Source: an uncultured Oligoflexus sp. (GTDB taxonomy: Bacteria; Bdellovibrionota_B; Oligoflexia; Oligoflexales; Oligoflexaceae). Taken from it: a stretch of 24,027 nucleotides of DNA. The stretch lies in contig CAXSGP010000002.1 in the NCBI GenBank assembly GCA_964236955.1, forward strand, positions 1 to 24,027, written 5' to 3'. This document shows, piece by piece, positions 1 through 8,051 of this stretch; the first letter of the stretch is position 1, and the number at the start of each line of letters is the position of its first letter. The notes beneath the pieces were generated by a model. The model did no database searches, was not told the origin of the DNA, and saw only the letters and a list, made by a program, of their open reading frames with translations. The position numbers and the translations under genes are program-made.

Positions 1-150
1 AGTTATAGGGTATTTAAAATTAAAATCTTCACTTATCCGCCTCAATAGCAAAGCTGGCAAACAAAAATTTTGATGATTCGTGCAATCTAAGCAACCAGCG
101 ATTGTCTCTCTGGTTAGCAGCGAGCAATTCCACCTTAACCCGAGCGCAAC

Positions 151-855
151 ATGTCCCCCAAGCTTATGATTTCATGGCACTTTGCATTTCTATTGAGCGT
201 TAGCGGCAGCTTCACGGCCTGCACGTCTTCTAAAAAAAGCCATAATCCTCCAGCCGCAACACCGGATAAATGGACCATACCATCGCCCTTACCAACGCTC
301 CCAAAGCCAACGCCCAATCCAATCACGACGCCCGCTCCTGGCCCAACAGGGGCAACAGAAACCCCTGGAAGCACGTCGACAGGAACGTATAGCTCGACGC
401 CACCACCCAGTCTAATAGGAAACTGGCAGTCCTCGCTTAACGATTATAATTATGCCGGTGATGTCACCTACTCTATTAAGCCAGATGGAAAGGTTTTGAT
501 CAGTCTGCTGATTTACGGCAAAGGCAAGAATCGTCTTCAAGCTGAGCGCCGAGCATTCACTGCAACCTTCAATAACTCACGTCACCTGATGAAACTGATA
601 CACGTAAAAGGAACTTGCGCTTCGAAAAGTTTGGAGACTGTCATCAATTACGTGTCCTATCCCACTGAAACCGATGCGATCCATTTTAACGAACTCTACA
701 GTAGCAACAGTCTGAGGTTGCACCTTATCAAGGGTGGCCTGACTCGTGATGTACACACGGTTCAAGATATTCGCGGCCATACTATTGAGGAAGGCTGCTT
801 CTCGGACGGCCGTTTGGATCAATTCGTTCCTGTTGCAACAAGAGGTCAATCATGA
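151..855 (+). CDS. Hypothetical lipoprotein with Pro/Thr-rich linker and C-terminal beta-rich domain
   Basis: 234-aa ORF; hydrophobic N-terminus with lipobox-like FTAC; P/T-rich stretch then LIGNW-type beta domain; its stop overlaps the next ATG (ATGA, 852-855). The true start could be the Met at 166. Confidence 0.75.
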   Translation: MSPKLMISWHFAFLLSVSGSFTACTSSKKSHNPPAATPDKWTIPSPLPTLPKPTPNPITTPAPGPTGATETPGSTSTGTYSSTPPPSLIGNWQSSLNDYNYAGDVTYSIKPDGKVLISLLIYGKGKNRLQAERRAFTATFNNSRHLMKLIHVKGTCASKSLETVINYVSYPTETDAIHFNELYSSNSLRLHLIKGGLTRDVHTVQDIRGHTIEEGCFSDGRLDQFVPVATRGQS

Positions 856-3593
856 GATTACAAAATATACTATTCCTTGCCACCGTCTTCAGCTTAGCCA
901 TAGGATGTCATTCTACAGACCAGGGTAGCGGCCTCAACATTATACGGGGCCGCCAACTCGATGCGAATGGTCCCGCCGCCAGCAATATCGTTGGGCTAAG
1001 CGATGATGGAAAGTTCATTTTTTGCACGGGCAGTATTATAGCCGAGGATGTGGTCGTTACCGCTGCACACTGTGTACGCGACAAATCAAATCTAAAGGTT
1101 GTCTTTGGGCAACCCAAAGCTCTGGTCGATACGATCGATGTTGTGTCGATAGAGACTTATAAACCTTATAAGGATGCAGCATTTCCTAACTTTGACATCG
1201 CCTGGCTCAGACTCAAAAGAAAAATCCCAGCAGGTTTCCAAGCAATGGAGATTTTGCGTGATCCAAGCAGTCTGGCGCGGGCCTCGGGTTACCAAATCGC
1301 TGGTTATGGCATTGAAAAAACCGATTGCCTGACGGATGACTGCAACGGCAAATTACTGGAGGCCGATACATCTCTTCAAAGCTATCACGATACGCCTCGC
1401 TTGATGAGTTTGCTCGTATTTAAGGGTGCTGCTTTGCTTGGTTTTGGCGCCTCTTGTAACGGCGATTCCGGTGGTCCTGCTTATGCAAAGATTGCCGATC
1501 GCTGGTATTTGATCGGCGTAACCAATGGCGCCACGGCTTATCTCAATCCCGATAGCTTTGTGAATCCTTCGCAATCCTGTGAGGAGGGAAGCGACACCTA
1601 CACCTTTATGGGCGATTACATCAACTGGCTGGAAAAACGCAGTGAGCACGCCCTCATTCAGAAAGCGGAGATCAACCCTGACCGCGCTGAACCAGCCTTC
1701 CTTACCAAAGGCGAGCAAAAACCCGGCGATTTTGCAGAACCAACCACCTGGGCAGAATGGGTGAAGTATCCTTATCACAATACCCAGGCTTGGAACACGG
1801 TCAACGACCTTCTATCCACCCTCTATGTAAGCCGTCGCCATGAACTTCCCAGTAGCGATCTCATTAAGATTTTTGAAGATCCTGGATTTTCTCAGTCGCA
1901 GGCTGACCAAATGAAAACCTTAAACTTTGGGATCAGTGACACGACACGCCTGCGTTATCAGGACCAATCCCTAGATCTGCATCCCCTGGCCACTTGGACC
2001 AACCTAGAATCGTTAACTCTGAATGACGATGCAGCTCCTTCATTCGCTGATTTGGACAGCCTCACTGCTCTAAAATCTCTGACATTGGCGCCATCCCATA
2101 AAGCCCATGAAAAGCCATTGGATCTCAAACCATTGCAAGAAATCGGCAGACGTCTGACTTTTTTGGAGCTTCGCAATTATTCGGCTGCGGAATTGCAAAC
2201 GCTGGCAAACGTCGCGCTGCCACTGCTCTCAACTCTTAATATGTCCGCTAATGCCGGCGATGAAAATCTGACGGTTGACCTGAGTTCTGTTAAAAGCCTT
2301 GAAAATTTGACGGTCATGCAATGGGAAAATTCCTCAAAACTGATTCTGCCTGGTGAATTAGCTCTTAAGAAATTAACCATCCAGCATCGTCACCGATCTG
2401 ATTTGCATTGGCTCGATTTAGCTCATATCAAATCTATTCAAACACTAAAAATCGCCCGTGAAGTGCTGAGCAGCCCCACGGTCTTGAAGTTATTTCAGAA
2501 CAAGGGCATCGAAGACTTAAACGTATCCGATAATGGTCTAACAGCCAACGAGTTTCCATTGAGGGCTTTTGCCACGGTTAAGACAGCAAAACTCGATGGC
2601 AACCAATTCACTGAATCCGGATTTTTGAAGAATTTGCCAGCCCTTAAAAAAGTCGATATGCGCTCCAACCCCCTCACCTTAGCAGATTGCCCAGCCGATG
2701 TTTCCTGTCGATTCGATAGAATTTTAAATCCACAAAATCTTGTCGATTATTGCCTGAATACTGTTCCAATCGCCGGTGAAGTCCCGGATAACGCCTATAG
2801 CTATGCCTATACGATAAAGATGCTGTTTTCGAGTCAAAATCTTGAATCCACGACCTATAGTGATGAAAGCTGCGGCATTCTAGCTCAATTTCTGGCTCAG
2901 ACGGATTCACTCTCTCTGCAGGGGGAATTGATTGCCTTTATCCTAAAATCGGAAAGTCTTGACGCTTCGCTCCTGGGCACCCTTAAACATTTGAAGAAAC
3001 TAGATATCAATCTCTCGTCCGTCATCCATAGCAACAGTCTGGGGGAACTTTCATCATTAGGTAAAATTTCTCTCAATGCCGTTCAATTGAACGCGACTGA
3101 TTTCTTTCAAAAACTTCCGGCACTCAAAAAGATCTACTATAATAACCTACCGATGACTACATTAGAGCCACTTTCCAGTCCGACTGTTGAGGAGATTTAT
3201 GCTTATAATTTTGGACCCATGCTTTTCCTCGATGAGGGTAAATTGGAAACCATCGGTGAAGGCGCGGCACTGCCAGCACTCCGTGAACTCAACCTCAACG
3301 GAAACCCGCTAAAGGATCTTAAGGGTCTGGAGCAGTTGAAGCATCTTGAAACACTCCAAATCGCCGGTACCCATGGGCTCGATCTCTCTCCGCTTTCGAC
3401 TTTGGTGGGCACGTCCGTGTTCCTGGGCGACGGCTACAGCATTGAAAGCTGCCCGGTTTTACAAGGCATCTGCTTTAGCGGAGAAAACTCGAAAAAAGGG
3501 TCGGCGTTTGGTTCCGACGCCGAGAACTCCGACAGCTCTACCTGGTATTCTGGCCAAACCATTCCAGGCCTCGGCAAGACTATTCGAAACTAA
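852..3593 (+). CDS. Lipoprotein S1 (trypsin-fold) serine protease fused to leucine-rich repeats
   Basis: Lipobox AIGC; IIRG mature-like N-terminus; catalytic motifs TAAHC, DIAWL, GDSGGP; many LxxLxLxxN-type repeats (e.g. LPALRELNLNGNPLKDL) in the C-terminal two thirds. Confidence 0.9.
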   Translation: MRLQNILFLATVFSLAIGCHSTDQGSGLNIIRGRQLDANGPAASNIVGLSDDGKFIFCTGSIIAEDVVVTAAHCVRDKSNLKVVFGQPKALVDTIDVVSIETYKPYKDAAFPNFDIAWLRLKRKIPAGFQAMEILRDPSSLARASGYQIAGYGIEKTDCLTDDCNGKLLEADTSLQSYHDTPRLMSLLVFKGAALLGFGASCNGDSGGPAYAKIADRWYLIGVTNGATAYLNPDSFVNPSQSCEEGSDTYTFMGDYINWLEKRSEHALIQKAEINPDRAEPAFLTKGEQKPGDFAEPTTWAEWVKYPYHNTQAWNTVNDLLSTLYVSRRHELPSSDLIKIFEDPGFSQSQADQMKTLNFGISDTTRLRYQDQSLDLHPLATWTNLESLTLNDDAAPSFADLDSLTALKSLTLAPSHKAHEKPLDLKPLQEIGRRLTFLELRNYSAAELQTLANVALPLLSTLNMSANAGDENLTVDLSSVKSLENLTVMQWENSSKLILPGELALKKLTIQHRHRSDLHWLDLAHIKSIQTLKIAREVLSSPTVLKLFQNKGIEDLNVSDNGLTANEFPLRAFATVKTAKLDGNQFTESGFLKNLPALKKVDMRSNPLTLADCPADVSCRFDRILNPQNLVDYCLNTVPIAGEVPDNAYSYAYTIKMLFSSQNLESTTYSDESCGILAQFLAQTDSLSLQGELIAFILKSESLDASLLGTLKHLKKLDINLSSVIHSNSLGELSSLGKISLNAVQLNATDFFQKLPALKKIYYNNLPMTTLEPLSSPTVEEIYAYNFGPMLFLDEGKLETIGEGAALPALRELNLNGNPLKDLKGLEQLKHLETLQIAGTHGLDLSPLSTLVGTSVFLGDGYSIESCPVLQGICFSGENSKKGSAFGSDAENSDSSTWYSGQTIPGLGKTIRN

Positions 3594-3660
3594 TTGCCTG
3601 GAGCTTGGCCTGGGCAAAACAGCAATGCATAATACCGACGAGTATGGGAAAATCTAAACT

Positions 3661-3685
3661 AGGGGGCCATAGTGCGGCCCCTTTT
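3661..3685 (+). terminator. Rho-independent terminator
   Basis: GGGGCC-atagtgc-GGCCCC hairpin followed by TTTT, about 70 nt after the protease stop. Confidence 0.7.
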
Positions 3686-3822
3686 CAAATTAGAATATAC
3701 TTTAATGGGTATGGCATTGCGAAGTGAGTATCGAAACTTATTGCTGATAGTATGGAAGTACTGAAAATGACGGTTTAATGTATCGTTTTTATTTTAAGTC
3801 AAGGGCATTGGCCGCCACTCAA

Positions 3823-4203
3823 TTAAAGAACGATACAGGCTTTCTCGGACGGATCAGAATTCAAAACCCCGTTGTCTGCTGTTACGTAAAAACAAGCTCT
3901 TTGGCCTTGTGCAGGCCATGACTCCATATTGGTATCATTTATTATCATTTTAGGATTTGCGAAATCTTCATCGCTATCGGGCAGACTGTCGATTTCTCTG
4001 GCTTGCTTTCCGTCAGTATAAAAGACGTGATAAACGGCGACTCCGGATTGAGATGACCAACTCAGTTGCAGATTACTTCCCTCACTACTATCTAAGGCAG
4101 GCTGATTTTGTGATCCACCATCCCTTAAAGGCCTTGTATCGGCACATCCAATCCAGACCAAAGATAGGCTGAACAGAATGCTTTGGATTAAGGGTCTAGA
4201 CAT
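3823..4203 (-). CDS. Small lipoprotein with a fibronectin type III-like domain
   Basis: AGGAG RBS upstream of the ATG; lipobox WIGC; FN3 hallmarks NLQLSW, VYHVFY, FYVTADNG..SDPSE; two late Cys. Confidence 0.75.
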   Translation of the reverse strand: MSRPLIQSILFSLSLVWIGCADTRPLRDGGSQNQPALDSSEGSNLQLSWSSQSGVAVYHVFYTDGKQAREIDSLPDSDEDFANPKMIINDTNMESWPAQGQRACFYVTADNGVLNSDPSEKACIVL

Positions 4204-4229
4204 ACTGGCTCCTGCAGACGTAAAACAAT

Positions 4230-4883
4230 TTATTTGTTCTTTTGGACTTTGACACCATACGGCTTGCTTGGCTTAACATTGGTATTATTGGGTTTACCAC
4301 CGGGTGCAGGCGTAGCGGGAGTCGCAGCCCCATCCGGAGCCGGGGTCCCTTCTGGACTTGGTGGGGTTGTAGGGTCTGCTGGCGGAGCCTCAGGATCATT
4401 TACTAAAATAACGTCCGAGCAGGAAAAATACCTGGACGCGCCTTCGTCACCCATAACCTGGATGATTTGCAGAGTACATGCCGTACAGGTGATGTTTGGC
4501 AAGGTAATCGATTCACTGTAAAAATGTCCCGGGGTCCCACTTGATATCGGGGTATTTTTATCGTCGGTTCTGTGGGAAATGAGAACGTGAGCTTCAAAAT
4601 TTGCATCGTCTTTTTCTGAAAGACTAATAATGAAAAAGCCGGGGTGATCGATGGTTTCTTCCCATTCAACGGTTTGAGTTGACCCTGCTTTATAGGTTAC
4701 CGGGGTGCTCGTCCTCGGCAGCCCACCACAGGGCCCTGTCTTTAAACCGGTTGAATCATTTCGTGGCGGAAAATGGGATGCTGGAGTGGATGTATCGCTA
4801 GAAGTTTTTATTTTTAATCGGGTATGCCCAAAAGCCGGAACCGCAACCAACCACAAAACTACCAAGGTATATTTATATTTCAT
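4230..4883 (-). CDS. Secreted His-brace copper protein, polysaccharide monooxygenase-like (resembles the SCE4755 family)
   Basis: Signal peptide ending AFG, exposing an N-terminal His (HTRL); GPCGG, WEETIDHPG, LPNITCTACTLQIIQ and YFSCSD motifs; P/A/T-rich linker and short basic tail. Confidence 0.8.
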   Translation of the reverse strand: MKYKYTLVVLWLVAVPAFGHTRLKIKTSSDTSTPASHFPPRNDSTGLKTGPCGGLPRTSTPVTYKAGSTQTVEWEETIDHPGFFIISLSEKDDANFEAHVLISHRTDDKNTPISSGTPGHFYSESITLPNITCTACTLQIIQVMGDEGASRYFSCSDVILVNDPEAPPADPTTPPSPEGTPAPDGAATPATPAPGGKPNNTNVKPSKPYGVKVQKNK

Positions 4884-4892
4884 TGTTCAACC

Positions 4893-5321
4893 TCAATTCT
4901 TATTCTGACAAGGCAACGCCTGATCGCCGCTAGGAAACACAGCCCCACAGGTCTTGGCCAAACCCAACTGAAACGTCTCAATATTCGCACCGGTCATTTC
5001 CACTTCACTCAAGTCGGCGCCTTCCAGCAAAGTCCCTGTGGAAAGATCAGCTCTTACTAAAATCGCGCCCTTCAAATTGGCCCCACGCAAATCGGCTCGC
5101 GTGAAGTCGGCTCCGCGAAGATTCGCTCCGTGAAGATCGGCTCCGCGAAGATCGGCATAAGAAAGTTCGGCCCGGTAGAGGTTGCAGCCTGGACAGGCCT
5201 TGTGCTTACGCAAATAGGCTTCAGCCTCGCCGCTGGTTTTAAACTCTAGATTTTGCGAAGAGGTCGTGAAACAGGAGCTGAGCAGGGACAGGGAAACGCC
5301 CAAGGAAAGGAACGAACGCAT
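4893..5321 (-). CDS. Pentapeptide-repeat lipoprotein
   Basis: AAGGAGG RBS before the ATG at 5321 (preferred over 5342); lipobox LSSC; CPGCNL followed by tandem A(D/N)Lxx repeats, also visible as 15-bp DNA repeats around 5076-5180. Confidence 0.9.
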   Translation of the reverse strand: MRSFLSLGVSLSLLSSCFTTSSQNLEFKTSGEAEAYLRKHKACPGCNLYRAELSYADLRGADLHGANLRGADFTRADLRGANLKGAILVRADLSTGTLLEGADLSEVEMTGANIETFQLGLAKTCGAVFPSGDQALPCQNKN

Positions 5322-5343
5322 AGAAAAACCCTCCTTCGACATC

Positions 5344-5371
5344 TTTTCGGTCGTACGGAAGGTAATCTTTA
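5344..5371 (-). promoter_or_regulatory. Putative sigma28 (FliA/SigD-type) promoter
   Basis: Minus strand reads TAAAGATT-N12-ACCGAAAA versus consensus TAAA-N15/16-GCCGATAA; the predicted start falls just before the RBS of the pentapeptide gene. Confidence 0.45.
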
Positions 5372-5385
5372 GGAAATGACCAGAC

Positions 5386-5967
5386 TTAAGCCGCCTGGCT
5401 CAAAAACTTAATGTTTTCAGGATCATCGAGAAAGCATTTGCCAAGCCTTTGCTTTTTATCAAGTTCCTTGAGAATGATTGCAATGGGAATTCGATAGAAT
5501 TGAATTTGATACATGATCTCTTGAGTTTCGTAATAATGAGCCTTGAGGAGATTATAAACATAGCCTAGTTCCTGAGAGCCCTCTTCGTTCAACTCGTCAC
5601 TGAACTCTTCCTGAACCGTTACCGCTCGATTCATTTTTTCCAGAAGTTCGTCCATGTTCAAGGGTTTAGAAACGATATTGCAACCACCCAGCTGAAAAAC
5701 TTTGCGAACGATCTCGGGATCAATATTTCCCGATATAAACACGATGGGGATCTGTTTGAACTTCTTTTTCAGTTCTTCCGCAAACACTAAACCATCCATA
5801 TGCGGCATGCGAATATCGGATAGCAATATGTCGTAGGTCCTGTGAATAAGCATCTGCAAAGCTGCAAAGGGATCAGGTGCATAGTCAACATGGTAATGTC
5901 CGCTGAGCGCCGCCTGCAGAATGGCAAAGATGTCATAATTATCATCAACGACGAGACAGGTTTTCAT
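5386..5967 (-). CDS. Response regulator (receiver domain plus unrecognised C-terminal region)
   Basis: CLVVDD, phospho-acceptor in SDIRMPHMDG, ISG and SKP motifs. Confidence 0.9.
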   Translation of the reverse strand: MKTCLVVDDNYDIFAILQAALSGHYHVDYAPDPFAALQMLIHRTYDILLSDIRMPHMDGLVFAEELKKKFKQIPIVFISGNIDPEIVRKVFQLGGCNIVSKPLNMDELLEKMNRAVTVQEEFSDELNEEGSQELGYVYNLLKAHYYETQEIMYQIQFYRIPIAIILKELDKKQRLGKCFLDDPENIKFLSQAA

Positions 5968-6147
5968 TGCCTTGCCCTAGCCTAGGTGGAATCAAACGAT
6001 TTGATGAAGGGTCCTTCCCAACTATCAGTATAATTGAGGCTGAACTTGACAGCTCCACGTAAATCATTGAATCTAAAAGATAATATATCGCTATTTAAAA
6101 GCATCTAAAATATGTTCCATTAAAAAAGCCGCCCCACTCGCTCCACC

Positions 6148-6176
6148 TGGACAGTTGAGACAAAGCTGTCTATAAA
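6148..6176 (+). promoter_or_regulatory. Putative sigma70 promoter for ung
   Basis: TGGACA-N17-TATAAA, 45 nt upstream of the ung start, which has a GAGGAG RBS. Confidence 0.4.
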
Positions 6177-6221
6177 ATTTAGCCAGATATTGGCCCAACG
6201 ATTGCAGCCAGAGGAGCACAT

Positions 6222-6959
6222 ATGGCTAACGCGAACATTCACCTCGAGGACAGCTGGAAGAATCTCTTGCTAGAGGAATTCGATAAATCCTATATGAAAG
6301 AGCTGAGCGCCTTCATAAGACAAGAAATTGCCTCAGGTAAAACAATTTACCCCAGAGGCACCGAGTATTTTCAGGCCCTCAATTCCACCGGTTTTGCTAA
6401 AGTGTCCGTGGTGATTCTAGGTCAGGATCCCTATCATGGTCCTGGTCAGGCTCACGGACTCTGTTTTTCCGTACGCCCCGGCGTTCGCATACCACCGTCT
6501 CTGCTCAACATATTTAAGGAGCTTGAAACGGATATTGAAGGTTTTAAACGCCCCAATCATGGCTACCTTCAATCCTGGGCCGATCAGGGTGTACTTCTGT
6601 TAAACAATGTCCTTACGGTTGAAGACGGGAAAGCTGGATCACACCACAATCGCGGCTGGGAACAATTCACCAGCGCCATAGTTGATCACCTCAACCGAGA
6701 ACGCAAAAACCTCGTCTTTTTGCTTTGGGGAAGCCCGGCACAGAAAAAAGGAGCAAGTGTTGATTCCAGCCGTCACTTAGTATTGCAAGCTCCGCACCCT
6801 TCGCCCCTATCCGCACATCGCGGCTTTTTGGGATGCCATCATTTCTCGCAAGCCAATGAGTACTTAGCCAATCATGGGCGCTCTCCAATTGACTGGAAAC
6901 TGCCGACACTTTCCCAAGCAAAGGATCTCTATGCAGAAGAAGCCAATGTCCAAGCGTGA
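6222..6959 (+). CDS. ung: Uracil-DNA glycosylase, family 1
   Basis: [30 protein letters not shown] and HPSPLS motifs. Confidence 0.97.
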   Translation: MANANIHLEDSWKNLLLEEFDKSYMKELSAFIRQEIASGKTIYPRGTEYFQALNSTGFAKVSVVILGQDPYHGPGQAHGLCFSVRPGVRIPPSLLNIFKELETDIEGFKRPNHGYLQSWADQGVLLLNNVLTVEDGKAGSHHNRGWEQFTSAIVDHLNRERKNLVFLLWGSPAQKKGASVDSSRHLVLQAPHPSPLSAHRGFLGCHHFSQANEYLANHGRSPIDWKLPTLSQAKDLYAEEANVQA

Positions 6960-7638
6960 AAATCCATTTATCAATATCGCCTTCAGTGTGGCGATACCGG
7001 CCTTCATCCTTTCCAAGATGAGTGCACCAGACCGGCTGGGCCCTGTGTACGCACTCGTCGTCGCGCTTGCCTTTCCGATTACTTATGCCGTTTATGATAT
7101 CTATAAAAAAAGAAAACTGGGATTTATTCCCGCTCTTGGTTTTATTAGCACGCTACTGACGGGTATCTTTGCGCTTTATGAGTTGCCCGTGCAATGGATT
7201 GCCATCAAGGAGGCATCCATTCCGTCGATTATAGGCCTTGGTATTCTTCTATCTATGAAAACGTCTTCGCCTCTCGTCCAGGAACTCCTCTATAACGAAA
7301 ACGTTATCAATGTCGATCTCGTCGATCGAAAGCTGGAAACTGACAATCATCGCAGCGAGTTCAAAAAACTTATGCGCGATGCTTCCATCGTTTTGTCACT
7401 GTCTTTCCTACTCTCGGCGATACTCAACTACGCGCTGGCCCACATCGTCTTAAAATCAAAGCCTGGAACGCCTGAATTTGTTGAAGAACTCGGCCGAATG
7501 CACTTTTTAAGCTGGCCGGTTATTGTCGTACCGTCGACTCTGATACTCTTCTTTGCGCTTTGGCGCTTGCTAAAAGGGCTCGAAAAACTCACGGGTCTTG
7601 CCCAAGACGAAATCCTAAATACTCAAGCAAAAAAATAG
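6946..7638 (+). CDS. Polytopic inner membrane protein (VC0807-like / septation-protein-like)
   Basis: Start [11 protein letters not shown] overlaps the 3' end of ung; about 7 hydrophobic segments; [24 protein letters not shown] and LSWPVI motifs. Confidence 0.75.
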   Translation: MSKRENPFINIAFSVAIPAFILSKMSAPDRLGPVYALVVALAFPITYAVYDIYKKRKLGFIPALGFISTLLTGIFALYELPVQWIAIKEASIPSIIGLGILLSMKTSSPLVQELLYNENVINVDLVDRKLETDNHRSEFKKLMRDASIVLSLSFLLSAILNYALAHIVLKSKPGTPEFVEELGRMHFLSWPVIVVPSTLILFFALWRLLKGLEKLTGLAQDEILNTQAKK

Positions 7639-8003
7639 ATTTTTTCCACCCCAAGTTCTCCTTGACCAGGGCACTTCCTTTCTATTATTCAAGTCAGCCG
7701 ATCACAGGCTGAAGGCCAATCCTTCAGCCATGACACATGGAAAGAGCGAAAAAGACTCACACATTTCATCCAAATAATTTTTTTCCGGAACTCCAAAAAA
7801 GCAGTTCTCGCTAAGTACATCACTTGCTTAGAGATTTATTTCTCGGCGACTTAGTGTTTGAAAAAAAATGAGTCGATTTAACTTCGATGTAAATTCAAAT
7901 TATTTGATTGGGGATAACTTATTTTTAGAAGGGTCGCTTTAGTCTTCAAGTGCCTAGCCTCTTTTATTTTTCCGATGAAATGTCAAAATTTATACAGGCG
8001 CAC

Positions 8004-8051
8004 CCACCATATTTAGCGGTTGACACTCCGAAGCCACACTATATATGCTGA
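8004..8051 (+). promoter_or_regulatory. Tandem NrdR-like boxes
   Basis: CCACCATATTTAGCGG (8004-8019) and ACACTATATATGCTGA (8036-8051) resemble the consensus acaCwAtATaTwGtgt, start 32 bp apart (typical tandem spacing) and lie upstream of nrdAB. Confidence 0.7.
8020..8049 (+). promoter_or_regulatory. sigma70 promoter overlapped by the NrdR boxes
   Basis: Perfect TTGACA (8020-8025), 18-nt spacer, TATGCT (8044-8049). Confidence 0.6.

Noticed and set aside
45..135. GCAAAGCT/GGCAAAC/CTAA words and an AACCAG/CTGGTT stem reminiscent of a c-di-GMP-I riboswitch
   Set aside because: Motif order is wrong, and the GAAA tetraloop stem and GACGCAAAGCC core are missing.
4196..4399. Alternative-frame ORF bridging the LPMO-like gene and the FN3 lipoprotein, suggesting a frameshifted fusion
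   Set aside because: All three ORFs are in different frames, and the downstream gene has its own RBS and lipoprotein signal, so two real genes fit better.
5076..5180. 15-bp tandem DNA repeats
   Set aside because: Fully explained by the pentapeptide-repeat coding sequence; no spacers, not CRISPR.
6150..6170. GACAG-N11-CTGTC palindrome upstream of ung as an SOS box
   Set aside because: Orientation and spacing do not match CTGT-N8-ACAG; 5-bp arms may be chance.
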